A stretch of DNA of 64,000 nt from Octopus sinensis (taxonomy: Eukaryota): positions 167,524,001-167,588,000 of the forward strand of contig NC_042998.1 of NCBI RefSeq assembly GCF_006345805.1. Reading direction: 5' to 3'. The position numbers and the translations under genes are program-made. This document shows positions 38,024 through 50,685 of this stretch, piece after piece. Numbering within the stretch: position 1 is the first letter of the stretch; each line of letters starts with the position of its first letter. The notes beneath the pieces were generated by a model. The model was not told the origin of the DNA. It did no database searches and saw only the letters and a program-made list of their open reading frames with translations.

Positions 38024-38969
38024 TGTACGTATATGTATACCTTATAATGTAACCATAAATATTGTCTAATGCAGTCACACAAGCTACGAATATATATGTG
38101 TGTGAGCATAAAATACATTATGTATAGATAACGCTATAATATCACTTTATTCGTTTGAGATATGTGGTATTACGAGATTTCATTGTTTATACTCAACATG
38201 TTGCTAACCACAGTCATGGAACATCTGGCCATAAGTTCATGTTAGTCATTGTGTTTATATTCCTAATACGACAGTGATTCAGTTTTTACTTAGCGGTTTG
38301 TTTCCAAATTACATGCAGAGAGTAACAGATTTTTTTCATAATACCGTAATTTATATCGTTAAATTATTATACGTATACGAAACGTCGTAACTTTCAGTGT
38401 TGGCTATGAACTCTATAGAAATTCTGTAGAGATAAACTTGACAATGTCAAATCAATATGCAAATAACTTATTTCAAGATGTTTCTGAATTTTTATCGTTT
38501 CCGAATAATACTTGAGAGCGATTGTAGAGATTTATTTATTAAATCCAAATAAATATGCGGGCTTCAATGACTATCAAGAGGATCAACACATCGTATTTAA
38601 TAATGAAATTCATGTGATCAATATCTTCTAAAATACATAGAATAATTTTTTATACATAAAGCACATTGCTCAGACATATTTATGTAAGCAAATTATTAAG
38701 AGTTATGTAAAAAAAGAGAAAACGATTCATTAAAAAAAAAAAGTCTGGTAGAAAAGCTCATTTCGTGTTACGTGCTTTACTATATCCTTCTTGTAGGCTT
38801 GAGCCCAACAGACGAGTGTTTCAGATAAGCATTCTACTAAACTCACTCATTACGAACCAAACAGGAATCTTCACATGCTCCCTCGATTCACAAAATGTTT
38901 TTCAATCGACATTATCGTTTTCCCAAAACGAAAGACATATTAAGTCCTAGATAAATGATAAAATATTCG

Positions 38970-39185
38970 GAAGCAGTGAGCTACTGGCTGAGTCGTTACT
39001 GTCTCGGACAAAATGCTGAGCGATATTGCTTCCAGCACTTTCCCCCCTCAGTTCAAATTCGCCGAGGTCAGTTTTGCCGTCATCTTTCCGGGGACGATAA
39101 AAGAATGTACCAGTCAAGTAATAGAGTTCATATAACCGACTTGCTTCATCCCCTCAAAGATTGCTAGCCTTGTGCCAAAATTAGA
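38970..39185 (+). mobile_element. SINE family A (degenerate)
   Basis: GTTCAAATTCGCCGAGGTC and GATAAAAG..TACCAG blocks. Confidence 0.7.
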
Positions 39186-39444
39186 AAGAATAAATTATGA
39201 ATTGCTTGAATTGCTTTGAAACTGATCATTGCAATGGAGTTATTCATTTCATCAGCATTATGCTAAATGAAAAATCAAATGTAATAGAGATACACACAAA
39301 CATGCGCGCGAGCATTTAAAACTACAAATTCATGTGAACGCATAAGACTCCCTGATTTCACAAAACACTGGCCACTGCGTTCTGTGAAATATATTTATGT
39401 GTGTGACTCAAAGTCTCACACATAAATATATACTTATAATATAT

Positions 39445-39608
39445 ATACTACGGGCTTCTTTCAGTTTTCGTCTACTAAATCAACTCACAAGGCTTCGGTC
39501 GGCCAGAGGCTATAGTAGAAGACACTTGCCGAAGGTGTCACGCTCTGGGACTGAATCCACAACCATGTGGTTGGGAAGCAAGCTCCTTACCATACAGCCA
39601 CGCCTGCA

Positions 39609-39705
<97 letters not shown>

Positions 39706-40100
39706 ACAGTCATTAGACTGCTGCTATGCAGGGGCACTGCCTTGAAGGTAGTCGGACAAATCGATCTCAGGACTTCTTTTTAGAATTTGGTACTTATTCT
39801 ATGGTTTTCTTTTTGCTGAACCGCTAGCAAAAGCACCACTGGCTGTCAAGCGGTAGTGGGTGGCAAACATACGTGTGTGTGTGTGTGTCATTGTGTTTCT
39901 ATTTGCCTCACGATCATCGCTTGACAACCGTTTTGGGTTTCTTTACATCCCTCTAGCATTGGCGGTTCGGCAAAAGATATCGACAGAATAAGTATCAGAC
40001 TTTTAAACTATAAGTACTGGGGTTGATTTGTTCGATTAAATCTTTCGCGACAGTGCTCCAACTTGGTCGCAGTCTAACGACCAAAACAAGAAAAGGATAA
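39445..40100. mobile_element. SINE family B head (minus) and tail fragments (both strands)
   Basis: GGCTATAGTAGAAGACACTTGCC at ~39507; CGCTTGACAACCG...GAATAAGTA tail at ~39918-39995. Confidence 0.8.
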
Positions 40101-41619
40101 AAGATACACTCTAAATTAGTCACGGATACCAGCACCTGTTTGCTTTCGGAAATACTACCATCCTACTTATGGAGTAGCCATTAATTGAGTATCAACGTGG
40201 TCTTTCGACCTGCTAGTAATAGCAACTAAATCCATCTGAAATAGTATCTAATATTTTTAAAAATAGAAAAAAATATAATGTATAATATAGCGATAAATTT
40301 ATTGGAAACAAAAGTCGGTAAGAAATACTTTGGCTGAAAGATCTGTATCATCGGTAAGAAAATAACAACCGTTTCCTTTCCTTTTTAGCTAAGTTCGAAA
40401 ATTTAATGCCTTGTTTTTGGCGAGCACCAGATCAGCTTTAAGTAAGCATGTTGATCAAAAGTATTCTGATAATGGTCATCCCATCTTTCGCCCGCCAGAT
40501 ATATGCCAAGAACTATAATATATATGCCCTCCCTTTGTTAATACAGCAGGGTGAGATTTGAGAGAGACTAGGTTTCATTATTATTTCTCGAAATTTTGGA
40601 AACCACGTAGAGACTCATTCTTTAGTTCATAAAACTTCTCGTATTATACGTATGTCTGCTAAATTACCGAAACTTCTGTAATTCAGTAATTAATATCTCC
40701 TCTGATACAGTTACAAAGAATATAGTTTGATTATATATTTTCTTTCTCACTATTTTGTTAATTATAATTTTCCTAACAAAGAACCATAGTGTTGATAACT
40801 TCGTGTTATAGTCCTTCTTTTTAAGACTTACTCTTTCATACTTTTACAATATCTGTTAAAAATATTGCGTCTCTCACGTTGAATATATGAATAAAAACAA
40901 CAAAAAGATTAAAAGATGTTGGTAAGATAACTTTTTCATTGATTCTATCTTCAATTCAAAATAATGTTTTCAATAAAGTTTCAAATAAAATGAATAAAAA
41001 AGAAAAAGATTTCATTGAGTAATGAAAAAAGAAACATCTGTTTCTTCTACGATGAGATTATTTCCCGATGAAAATATTTACAACTGTTTACGCTTTACTC
41101 TTCACGAATATAATTTTATTGCTAACGTTCTTCAGCCAACTTTCTGCCTCTCAGAGAATTTTCTTAGACATCTCTGAGAAAAATAAACAGACGATGTATC
41201 GTTAAATCTTGTGTATGTTATCTCCCGAAAAATCTTCTGTTAGTAATTTGTGATGTAACGTAGAAGTCAATATAACAGTTAGCTAATGTCAAATAAATAA
41301 CGAATTTTAGAATATTCTCGATTCATTGTTTAATGATTTCTAATTTATAGACTCAACTAGAAATAATAAACTTCATGAATGCCGATAGTGTTCTCTTAAA
41401 TAGAAACACTCGAACATTTGATTCTTTTCACGCTAAATGGAATGAAATAGCTTTAGTTAAGAAGTAAAATCGCTTTGCAAACACGGCATATGAAAGAGTT
41501 TAACTCTATAATCTCTATTTAATAATAGTCGATATAAATGCTGGTTGTTTGGTCGGTTGGTTCTCCAGTTATAATTTACCTCTTTTAGAGAAGGATGGGG
41601 AGAGAGTGAAAGCGAGATA

Positions 41620-42180
41620 CTTATACGAGGTGCGGGATACGTGAACATGCTAGATATTGAGTAAAGGAACGATATACACATGGATTGTCTTTTTGTCTCT
41701 GGCTCAAAGTGATGAGCCCATCCTGGCTTGGGAAACGTTCAAGGAAACCAGCTGGATCTGACTCAAATAATATCGGATTTCCCGGTGATGTGATCAACCA
41801 GGTGCACCTTTGATCAAGTGTCAGAAACATGGTATCCACCGAGCAGAAACTATCGTCATGCCAAAATCGCTGTGTAGAATATTCCCAACTCTCACTGGAT
41901 ACGCTAATAGCATTGGCTATTTGATTTATAGTCAATCGTCTATCATCCATCAGCATTTGGTGAACACGATCAATGTTTCCCTTGGTGGTGGCAGTTGCAG
42001 GACGTCCTCAGCTTGGGTCATCTTCAAGACTCTCCCTTCTCCTCCTTTTGCACTGCTGATAAAACTGGGGATTAAACTCTTTTACAGCACAATGCCAAAT
42101 TTGTCCATTTTCAAGAGAAGTAGCTACCAGTTATTTCTGAAGTCTTCTTCGAGCAGTTAGATATCAGTTTACCTGGAAAG
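41620..42180 (-). mobile_element. Mariner relic (N-terminal half)
   Basis: MDDRRLTINQIANAIS...LTLDQRCTWLITS...DPAGFLERF. Confidence 0.85.
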
Positions 42181-42286
42181 AAACAATGCAGTTATTAATA
42201 AGATGCTTTGAAATTAATGCTGGCAATATTTTACAGCTCTGACACCACTCCCTCTTAGTCAGCCTATGAACTTTTCAGCCCACTCT

Positions 42287-42590
<304 letters not shown>

Positions 42591-43982
42591 GTGATCACAA
42601 CCTTATGAAAAATTTCTTACAATCGTGTCTACTTAGATCTGTCTATCTTGTTTTTCTGCTCCGTCATCCCAGGTGTTTTTGATACAAGTTTTATTAACGT
42701 GTCTTAAAGCAAGCGTTTTGAAAATATCATGAAATGCATTTTTTTATATGCAGAATATTCTAAAATATTTTACTATGCAACCTGTATATAGATAAGATGG
42801 TATTTTAGCCTGCTTAGTTCCTCAGTTTCTATGATATGCGAAATATTTGGGTCAAAAAGGAGAGTCTCTCAGTGATGTATTTGTCCCATTTTCTATTCGA
42901 GTCCTTCATAGTTCTTGTTTTTGTTTGTTTCTGTGAGCTATTTCTTTCGCTTGTCTGTGTGTGTTTGTACACGTGTGTGTGTGAGCGTGTTATTTTCTTT
43001 TTGACAAAACTGTTATTAAATATATAATATTTCACCAGTTAACTATATAGAAAGTGTCTGTAAGTCTAAATATGATATATAAAAAGAGAAAAAAAGTGAT
43101 AAATGTGTAAACTTGTTTGCTCCTATGTTTCTGAACAGGTAATTAAAGAGCAGTGTACGTTCACTCAGTCAAATAAATTACACCGTAGATTACTGCGAAC
43201 ATTTGTAATACAGATGACATTTTATATTTTTTAGTATTTTAAGAAGGCAAAGAAAATGCTTTGCATTAAGACAAGCTGAACATTATATTTAAAGGGAGAA
43301 ATTAGTTTAAATATTAGTGAAAGTGATTCAAAAATACAGTATGAATTCAAATCTTCTGAAGGTATTAATTATGAGCAATAACATTTGAAATAGAAGGTAA
43401 ATAGTAAAATAAGATGTGTTCATCCTAATCATTAAACCACAGATTTTCCAGCGACCTAAAATGATACTTCTGTTTTCTTTTCTCTTCTTATTTGCACCCC
43501 AATAAGCGAGGATTAATTTATCTGAACTCGCGTGTAATAAGTTTAATAGCGAGTAGATACTTGCACGTTAGCCATTTTATGCAAACCCATAAAAAGAGTC
43601 AGGGCCTCAAGATAACCGGGAATAATGATCCTGAAGTTAAGTACTTCTGTAGCTGGTTTTTCGTCTCCCTTACTGCGTCTGTTCTAAGAACAGAACAGAA
43701 AACTGCAACTGAATTAAACATTTATTGCACATATATCCCCGATTATCACTGTTTCATTCATCACTGATTTGGATAACACTGTTCACTAATCGTTAACTTT
43801 ATTTACCCTTATTACACTTGATCTGTGATAACACGGGTCGGCGACTAGTAAAAGATTCCTCTTGGATCGCAAAAGCGTACATCAGCGACCATCTACAATG
43901 TTCAAGATAACAAGGATCTCCAGAACGAAATCTATTTTCCGCCATTTATTGTATCAGTGATTCTATAGTGAAAACAAACACC

Positions 43983-44220
43983 CTTGATAAACGAGTATAA
44001 ATGTACAATACTCCCGTAGATAACTACACTGAACTTTAATTCTCTCATGGACTTGTATGTAATAAGTGTAATCACAAATAGATACTAGCACATTAGCTAT
44101 TTTATGTAAATTCATAAAAAAAGATTCAGGGCCTCGAGACAAATGGGAATTATTATCTTTGATAAACGAGGATAAATGTGCAATACTTCCGTAGATAACT
44201 ACACTGAACTTTAATTCTCC
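43983..44220. repeat. ~63-bp direct repeat, spacing ~176 bp
   Basis: TTGATAAACGAG.ATAAATGT.CAATACT.CCGTAGATAACTACACTGAACTTTAATTCTC occurs twice. Confidence 0.85.
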
Positions 44221-44504
44221 CGTCACATAAATTAGAATTGTGATAGCATGTTAAATTTAGTGATGGACATTGCACAGTTAAGGAAACGTATACGTTTTCG
44301 ACTTTTAATAATCTTTCAATTCGATCATTTACATTCTCAAAATTTCCTTCGTGGTGTTTGCCACAGCTCTTCTTAGATTGATGATGGACGAATACGTTAA
44401 AGCAACTATGACATCTCCAAATTATGGAAAGCGTAGCACAAGCCATAGAGTACAAATTATCTATTGTAGGTAATGTAGAGAATAAAACTATAAGCGTCGC
44501 CCTT

Positions 44505-44787
44505 TTCAAGCCTAGCCAGGCTCATGGGCCCGGTTTCCCGGTTTCTGTGGCGAATGTGTTCTCCCCAGCTGGACGGGACGCCAGTCCATCGCAGCGTTAC
44601 TCAAGAAAACAGGAAGAGAGAGAGTGAGAAAAAGTTGTGGTGAAAGAGTACAACAGGGGTCGCCACCAACCCCTGCAGGAGCGTCGTGGAGCTGTTAGGT
44701 GTTTTCGCTCAATAAACATACACAATGCCCGGTCTGGGAATCGAAGCCGCGAGTCCGCTGCCCTAACCATTGGGCCATTGCGCCTCC
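44505..44787 (-). mobile_element. tRNA-derived SINE family C, full length
   Basis: Head GAGGCGCAATGGCCCAATGGTTAG on the minus strand; GATGGACTGGCGTCCCGTCCAG segment. Confidence 0.88.
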
Positions 44788-45259
44788 ACAACATAGAGAA
44801 TAGTGCACCATAAATATTATGTTTCATATTGCAGAAATAATGTAACATAAATATTTTGCTGTATATTACAGAACACCAGACATACAGTATATTATATGTA
44901 ATGATATAACAGTCGTAAAAAAAAGGTGTTTAGGTGTGCGTTTGAGTCGAGAAGTGGTGAGAGACATATATATGCGTATATGTATTTAGGTATATTCATA
45001 CTTCCATAGTTCCACTTGTTGAGTTAATCATATTTGGTATACACTATCAATTTAGATCGACTACATTTTCAACCGTCTAGCGATTGAGTAAAGTGCAACT
45101 ATATCTTAATGACCTTTCGTATATGCGCCTGCCGGATAAAATGTTAGTAAACTGCCCCCACTTCACACTCATACACACACACACGCGCGTAACCTATGTT
45201 GCAGATATATGAACACGATTAACTTAGCTATTTCTCACCAGCTTGAATAAATGATGAAC

Positions 45260-45303
45260 AGCCTTAGTTGGTTTCGAACCCTGTCGGGTTCCCATCAGAG
45301 GCC
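45260..45303 (-). ncRNA. Minimal type I hammerhead motif, A9G variant
   Basis: GGCCT CTGATGG GAACCC GACA GGGTTC GAAA CCAAC TA AGGCT: 5-bp stem I, 6-bp stem II, 1-bp stem III. Confidence 0.62.
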
Positions 45304-45406
45304 TCCACATCAATTTTGACCTGTACCACATAAAAACATATGCGTGTGTGTGTGTGTGCGTGCGTGTATGTTTGTGTGCGTGCGTGTGTGTTTGTGTGTG
45401 TGTGTA

Positions 45407-46632
45407 TTAGGTGGTCAAGAATGAAATTTGTAGAAAAGAAAAGTGTTTCCAAAAGTTTTATAAATACAAGGAATAGTTTTATTCATCAAAGTATGCACCC
45501 ATACTGTGAATACACTTTTGCCATTTCAGTAGTAGCTTGTCCAGCCCAGAACTGTAAAAACCTAGCAATCTAGAGTCAATAAAATCTTGGAAGGCCTGTT
45601 TTATAGCATCATCGGAATTAAATTGTTTTCCTGTCAAAAATGTTATCCAAATTCTAGAAGAAGCGGTAGTCATTGAGAGCAAGTTCAGGTGAGTATGGTG
45701 GATGATGGAGAACTTCCTGTCATTTTTGCGATGTGTGGTCTGGCGTTGCTTTGCAATAAAATAGGAGTGGATATGTTGACTAATCTAGGCTGCTTTTTGT
45801 AAGTTTCTACATCATTTGGTCCAGTTGGCTGCAGTATACTTCGGCCGTGATTGATGAACCAGGTTTAATGAAATCATAATTGATCACACCTGCACCAGAC
45901 CACCAAACACACATCATCAGCTTCTTTTGATGAATTTTGCTTTTTGGACTGTGTTTTGGTGGCTCGTCTTTGTCCAGCCATTGTGCTGAACATTTATGAT
46001 TGTTGTATTGGATCCATTTCTCATCACATGTTACAATTCGATTAAAAAATGATTAATTTTTGTGACGAGAAAGTAGCATAATGCAGGCTTCCAAACGTTG
46101 TTGTTTCTGATTTTCATTGAGTTCATGTCGAACCCACTCATCCAAATTTTTCACTTTATCGATTTAAACTGCTAACACCAAACAACAACGGTAATTCACA
46201 GGCACTTTGAGATGGATCTGACTTGGCGGTGGCTTTCAGTTCGTCATTATCCACCTTTGTTTCTGGTCGACCGCGTTGCTCTTTTGTGAAGTTACCAGAA
46301 CGAAATTTTGCAAACCAATTTGATACTGTCTGGTGTGTAACAACTCTAGAATGAAATACTTCATTAATATTCCGAGCTGTCTGTGATGCTGTATTTCTAA
46401 GAAAGAACTCATATTTCAAAACTGTATGAATTTCCAGCTTATCCATCTATAAACAAAAATAGGAAAAAATTATTTATAAATACTTTATAAAGTGCAAAAT
46501 GAGTTAGAATAAAGAAATAGATGTGTCAGCTTTCTAACAAAAAATAAAGATTGTCAAAATATAATAATGGTGCAAAATGAGCAGCTGTCAAAATTTACCA
46601 TATACCTTACTACACATTCCATACTTAACGAC

Positions 46633-46636
<4 letters not shown>
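45407..46636 (-). mobile_element. Near full-length defective mariner with both TIRs and TA TSDs
   Basis: ~30-bp TIRs TTAGGT(G/C)GT(C/T)AAG(A/T)ATG..; TA at 45405-06 and 46637-38; ORF pieces MDKLEIHTVLKYEF...WFAKFRSG and ...KWQKCIHSMGAYFDE*. Confidence 0.92.
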
Positions 46637-46671
<35 letters not shown>

Positions 46672-46754
46672 TCAACAGTAGCAGCATTGCTAGAAATAAG
46701 AGTCAAAACAACTCTTAACCACGAGAAAGCACTTATCTTATGACTGGTAAGGAA

Positions 46755-46836
46755 GGCAAGCTCCCTACAGCATCCAGGACATACCCAGATCACCAGTGAT
46801 TTCACATTTGATTAATGCTCGTCAGCGGCTCTTACC
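46755..46836 (-). ncRNA. Type I hammerhead ribozyme motif (canonical core)
   Basis: CCG CTGACGA GCATT AATCA AATGT GAAA TCACTGGTGA TC TGG; stem I is further closed by GGTAAG/CTTGCC. AUC site, cleavage predicted between 46788 and 46787. Confidence 0.8.
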
Positions 46837-47178
46837 TGACTACATAAGATTAAGCTAGCTCACCTTATCAGTTTATAAGCGTTCCTGTAAAAATCGTATG
46901 CTAATTTCATAAATGGTAAAAGTGAAAATTATGAATAATAAAGGTTGCTTATTCGCTCCCTCAAACTTCTGGCTGAAGTAGAGCCTCGTTTTGAAGCCAG
47001 GGTCCTGGATACTTTCATTTTCGAGAAACTCTATGGAGCTTCGCGAATCAGGTGGAGATCTACAAATGCATTGAAACAGGAGGATCCTTGGCACCTTAGG
47101 AAAGTGTCTTTTACTATAGCCTCGGGCCGACCAAAGGCTTGTAGGTGGATTTGGAAGACAGAAACTGAAACCTGTCAC

Positions 47179-47228
<50 letters not shown>

Positions 47229-47281
47229 TTAGTGAGGGAAGAAATGGAGCTGAACGAAGATTTTACAAATTCCTTTTTATT

Positions 47282-47367
47282 ATTTTCTACACATGTTTCA
47301 AAGGCTGCAAATTCCCTAATTCGGATTGAATAAGGAGACCATTTTGCAGCTTTCTCTTCAGGAAAAT
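47282..47367 (-). ncRNA. Type I hammerhead motif with ~55-nt extended stem II
   Basis: ATTTTC CTGAAGA GAAAGCTGCAAA...TTTGCAGCCTTT GAAA CATGTG TA GAAAAT; GUA at 47290-47288. Confidence 0.8.
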
Positions 47368-47448
47368 CCAGGAACTTAAATCTCCAAACAAATGCGCAGC
47401 AAGCTTTTCGAACAAAGTTGTTCGAGATCAACTGCTTCGCCAAGAAAC

Positions 47449-47489
<41 letters not shown>

Positions 47490-47490
<1 letters not shown>

Positions 47491-47703
47491 GTGTATGTGT
47501 GCGTATGTATTTGTTCCCCCACCCCAACACGGGTTTTGGTGTGTTTACGCCCCTGTAACTTAGCAGTCCGGCAAAGAGACCGATAGAATAAGTACTGGGC
47601 TTAAGAAATAAGTCCTGACGTCTATTTATTCGACTAAAACCTTTCAAGGCGGTACTCCAGCTTGGCCGCAGTCAAATGGCTGAAACAAGTAAAAGAATAA
47701 AAG
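47490..47703 (+). mobile_element. SINE family B tail (head fragment at ~47087-47172)
   Basis: GTGTTTACG..GTAACTTAG...GATAGAATAAGTAC...CTGAAACAAGTAAAAG. Confidence 0.8.
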
Positions 47704-47857
47704 AATGCGTGTGTGTTAAATTGAAATAAAATTCGAGTAAAAATCTCGCAACGCGCATTTAATAGCGCTTATGCCATTATTTGACAACCACATGGTATCC
47801 TACACTAGGGTGTATTTCTAGGGCTGGATATACATGCGGAACTCCTCTTTATATAAG

Positions 47858-48242
47858 ACTAGCAGTATCGCCCGGCGTTGCTCGGGTTTGTAAGGGAAAT
47901 AACTATAAAGCATTTTAAGAGAGTTATAGCCAAAAAATAGCAAAAAAATGGGAAAAAATGATGGTAAATTTTTTTTTATAGTTAAAAAGGTCGAGTTGCG
48001 TCCCCTAGACCATCTGTGGTTTGTGTTTCTGATTGTCGACCCCATGTCGAATTTATCGATCTTTTTCAGAACTGTGGGAACTTTTCAAAATTTTCGCTGC
48101 GTTAGTTTTGAATTATGACATTGGGCTATGTGTGTGTCAAGTTTCATCAGAATCGGTTGAAAGCTGTGGTCAGAGTGAGGGTACAACCAAACAGACACAC
48201 AGAAACACACACAGACAAACTGCCGTTTATATAGAGAGAGAT
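47858..48242 (+). mobile_element. Non-autonomous Helitron/Helentron-type (DINE-like) element
   Basis: Starts ACTAG with a CCCGGCGTTGCTCGGG hairpin; ends with ACAG/ACAC repeats and TTTATATAGAGAGAGAT. Confidence 0.65.
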
Positions 48243-49247
48243 TAATACAGGAATAATATAACACAAGGATGGAAGATAACAGGCTTAATAGATCACAGCA
48301 TTTGTTTCTGCACCGCACATCAGTATTAACTTAAGTTGGTTAGGTAATATTCATATACCATTATACAAGATTGTTTTTTTTTTTTATAATTACTAAATAC
48401 TTGAATATTTGTCAGCAACAGACGTGTGTAAGCGCTTCATCGGGTGGAATTCAAAAGAATATAATATTCTTATTCTTTTGAGAATATTTCAACAATATTT
48501 AAGAGGCGTAAATCTTTCTCTTCTGACTTCTCTTTCCTTGTCATAAATTTATTGAGGCTTACTGGGTAAAGGTTTAACAACAGGTTAAACAAATTTTATT
48601 GACTTCTTTTTATAATATTAACATCTGCATGAGAAGTTTAGACAATCGGTTGTTTGGGCTACACCCAGATATATGTCACTCACAAATATAAATCCCAAAA
48701 TAAGAGTTGTAATAGATAATTCAGTTCAAACTGCATATATTTATGTATTTATAACAAGTAAGGTTACTTGTAAAAGTAAGGTAAAACCGCAAGCTATTAG
48801 TATATGTTTCTGTCAGTGATTGACTGTAAACAACATAGAATAGAAATATATATGTGTATAGCATACGTATTTATTTTCATGTATACATATACTCAAATAG
48901 ATAAAAGAGACAGAGAGACGTATATAAATATAACTTCACATGTAATTATTAGACATATGGCCTTTCGCAAATATTTATGCATGCAATTCAGTGCAACTTT
49001 ATAGCTCATAAATCAGAGCAAGTACTTTAACTATATGCAAAATCTAAATGTGTCGTAACGTTATTTACTTTTGATCATTGTATATAATTATAAAGCGGTG
49101 AACTGTAAGAACGTCAGATAGATTGCCTTGCTGCTGTTCCTTCTATATCTCTACGTTCTTGGTTCAAGTCATGTCGAATGCACTGCTTTCATTCTTTCGA
49201 TTCGATAAAATTCAAGTTCTATACTTATCTTTCTCTTTCCTTTCAAG

Positions 49248-49343
49248 GAAGAAATCGACTGGAAAGGGATGGACACCGTCAAGGTCTAAAATGCTCAAGG
49301 CGAGCAGTATGCTATGGCAACATTCCTATGATTCTATCAGGAG
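49248..49343 (+). CDS. Candidate internal exon (96 nt), product unknown
   Basis: Acceptor CTTTCTCTTTCCTTTCAAG| and donor GAG|GTAAGG; open in phase 1-1 (RNRLERDGHRQGLKCSRRAVCYGNIPMILSG) and in phase 2-2. Confidence 0.35.
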
Positions 49344-49431
49344 GTAAGGGCCCGAGGCAATAATACAATAGATCAACGGTTTTCCTCCCTTCAATACTTG
49401 TTATGCATTCATCATTTTAGAGGCATGCATG

Positions 49432-49555
49432 AACTGCAAACTGGACTCCTTATTCAATCCGAATTAGGGACTTTGTAGCCTTCGAAACATATGTAGAAAA
49501 TAATAAAAAGGAATTTTGTTAAATCTTCGTTCAGCTCCATTTCTTCCTACACTTA
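49432..49555 (+). mobile_element. Inverted second copy of the long-stem-II hammerhead element; core missing
   Basis: Reverse complement of ~47230-47350; retains the stem II extension, GAAA, ACATATGT, GUA and stem I 3' strand, but no CTGAnGA. Confidence 0.8.
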
Positions 49556-49699
49556 ATATATAAAACTTCAAATTTCTGCACTAAGGCACGGATTTTATGC
49601 CCCATAGTCGTAACTTCAACCGTGTTTTTCTGTTGTGATTTTTGCTACCCAGGTATCGGTTATCATTTGAATTGTCCGTAATAAGATAATTCATTTATC

Positions 49700-49786
<87 letters not shown>

Positions 49787-49794
49787 TGCGCTTC

Positions 49795-50015
49795 GTCCCA
49801 GCTGATATGATCAACGGAACAGCTTGCTGGTGAAATTAACGTGCAAGTGGCTGAGCACTCCACAGACACGTATACCTTTAACTTGTTCTCAGGAAGATTC
49901 ACCGTGACATAGAGTGTAACAAGGCTGGCCCTTCGAAATACTGGTACTATTCATTTTTTCCAGCAACGTGAGATAAAGTGTCTTGCCCAAGGACACAACA
50001 CGTCGCCAGGAATTG
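49795..50015 (-). mobile_element. CORE-like SINE of another subfamily
   Basis: TGTGTCCTTGGGCAAGACACTTTAT on the minus strand. Confidence 0.65.
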
Positions 50016-50108
50016 TACAAACAATTCAAATACACGAATAAATAATACGAATAAAACGGACAATATGAGGACGTACACAAGAAATGTATTAGCTCGTTGA
50101 AAGGAGAA

Positions 50109-50141
50109 TTTGACGTTTCGAGCATAACTCTTCGTCGCAAA
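50109..50141 (-). ncRNA. Degenerate minimal hammerhead motif
   Basis: TTT GCGACGA A GAGT TAT GCTC GAAA CG TC AAA; core positions 3-4 mutated. Confidence 0.5.
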
Positions 50142-50224
50142 GGAGAAATGGAAAAGTCTCAAAAACACAAAGTTGCCAACGTCACACATGTAGTAACATT
50201 GCTGAAGTGACTGGAAGTAGGGAG

Positions 50225-50685
<461 letters not shown>

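Noticed and set aside
39215-39262. CTGATGA-AATG..CATT-GCAA on minus
   Set aside because: GAAA is mutated and stems I and III do not form; likely chance.
47230-49555. Inverted ~125-bp repeats as TIRs of a 2.3-kb DNA transposon
   Set aside because: The repeats are hammerhead-bearing retroelement-type segments, with no TSD or transposase between them; independent insertions are more parsimonious.
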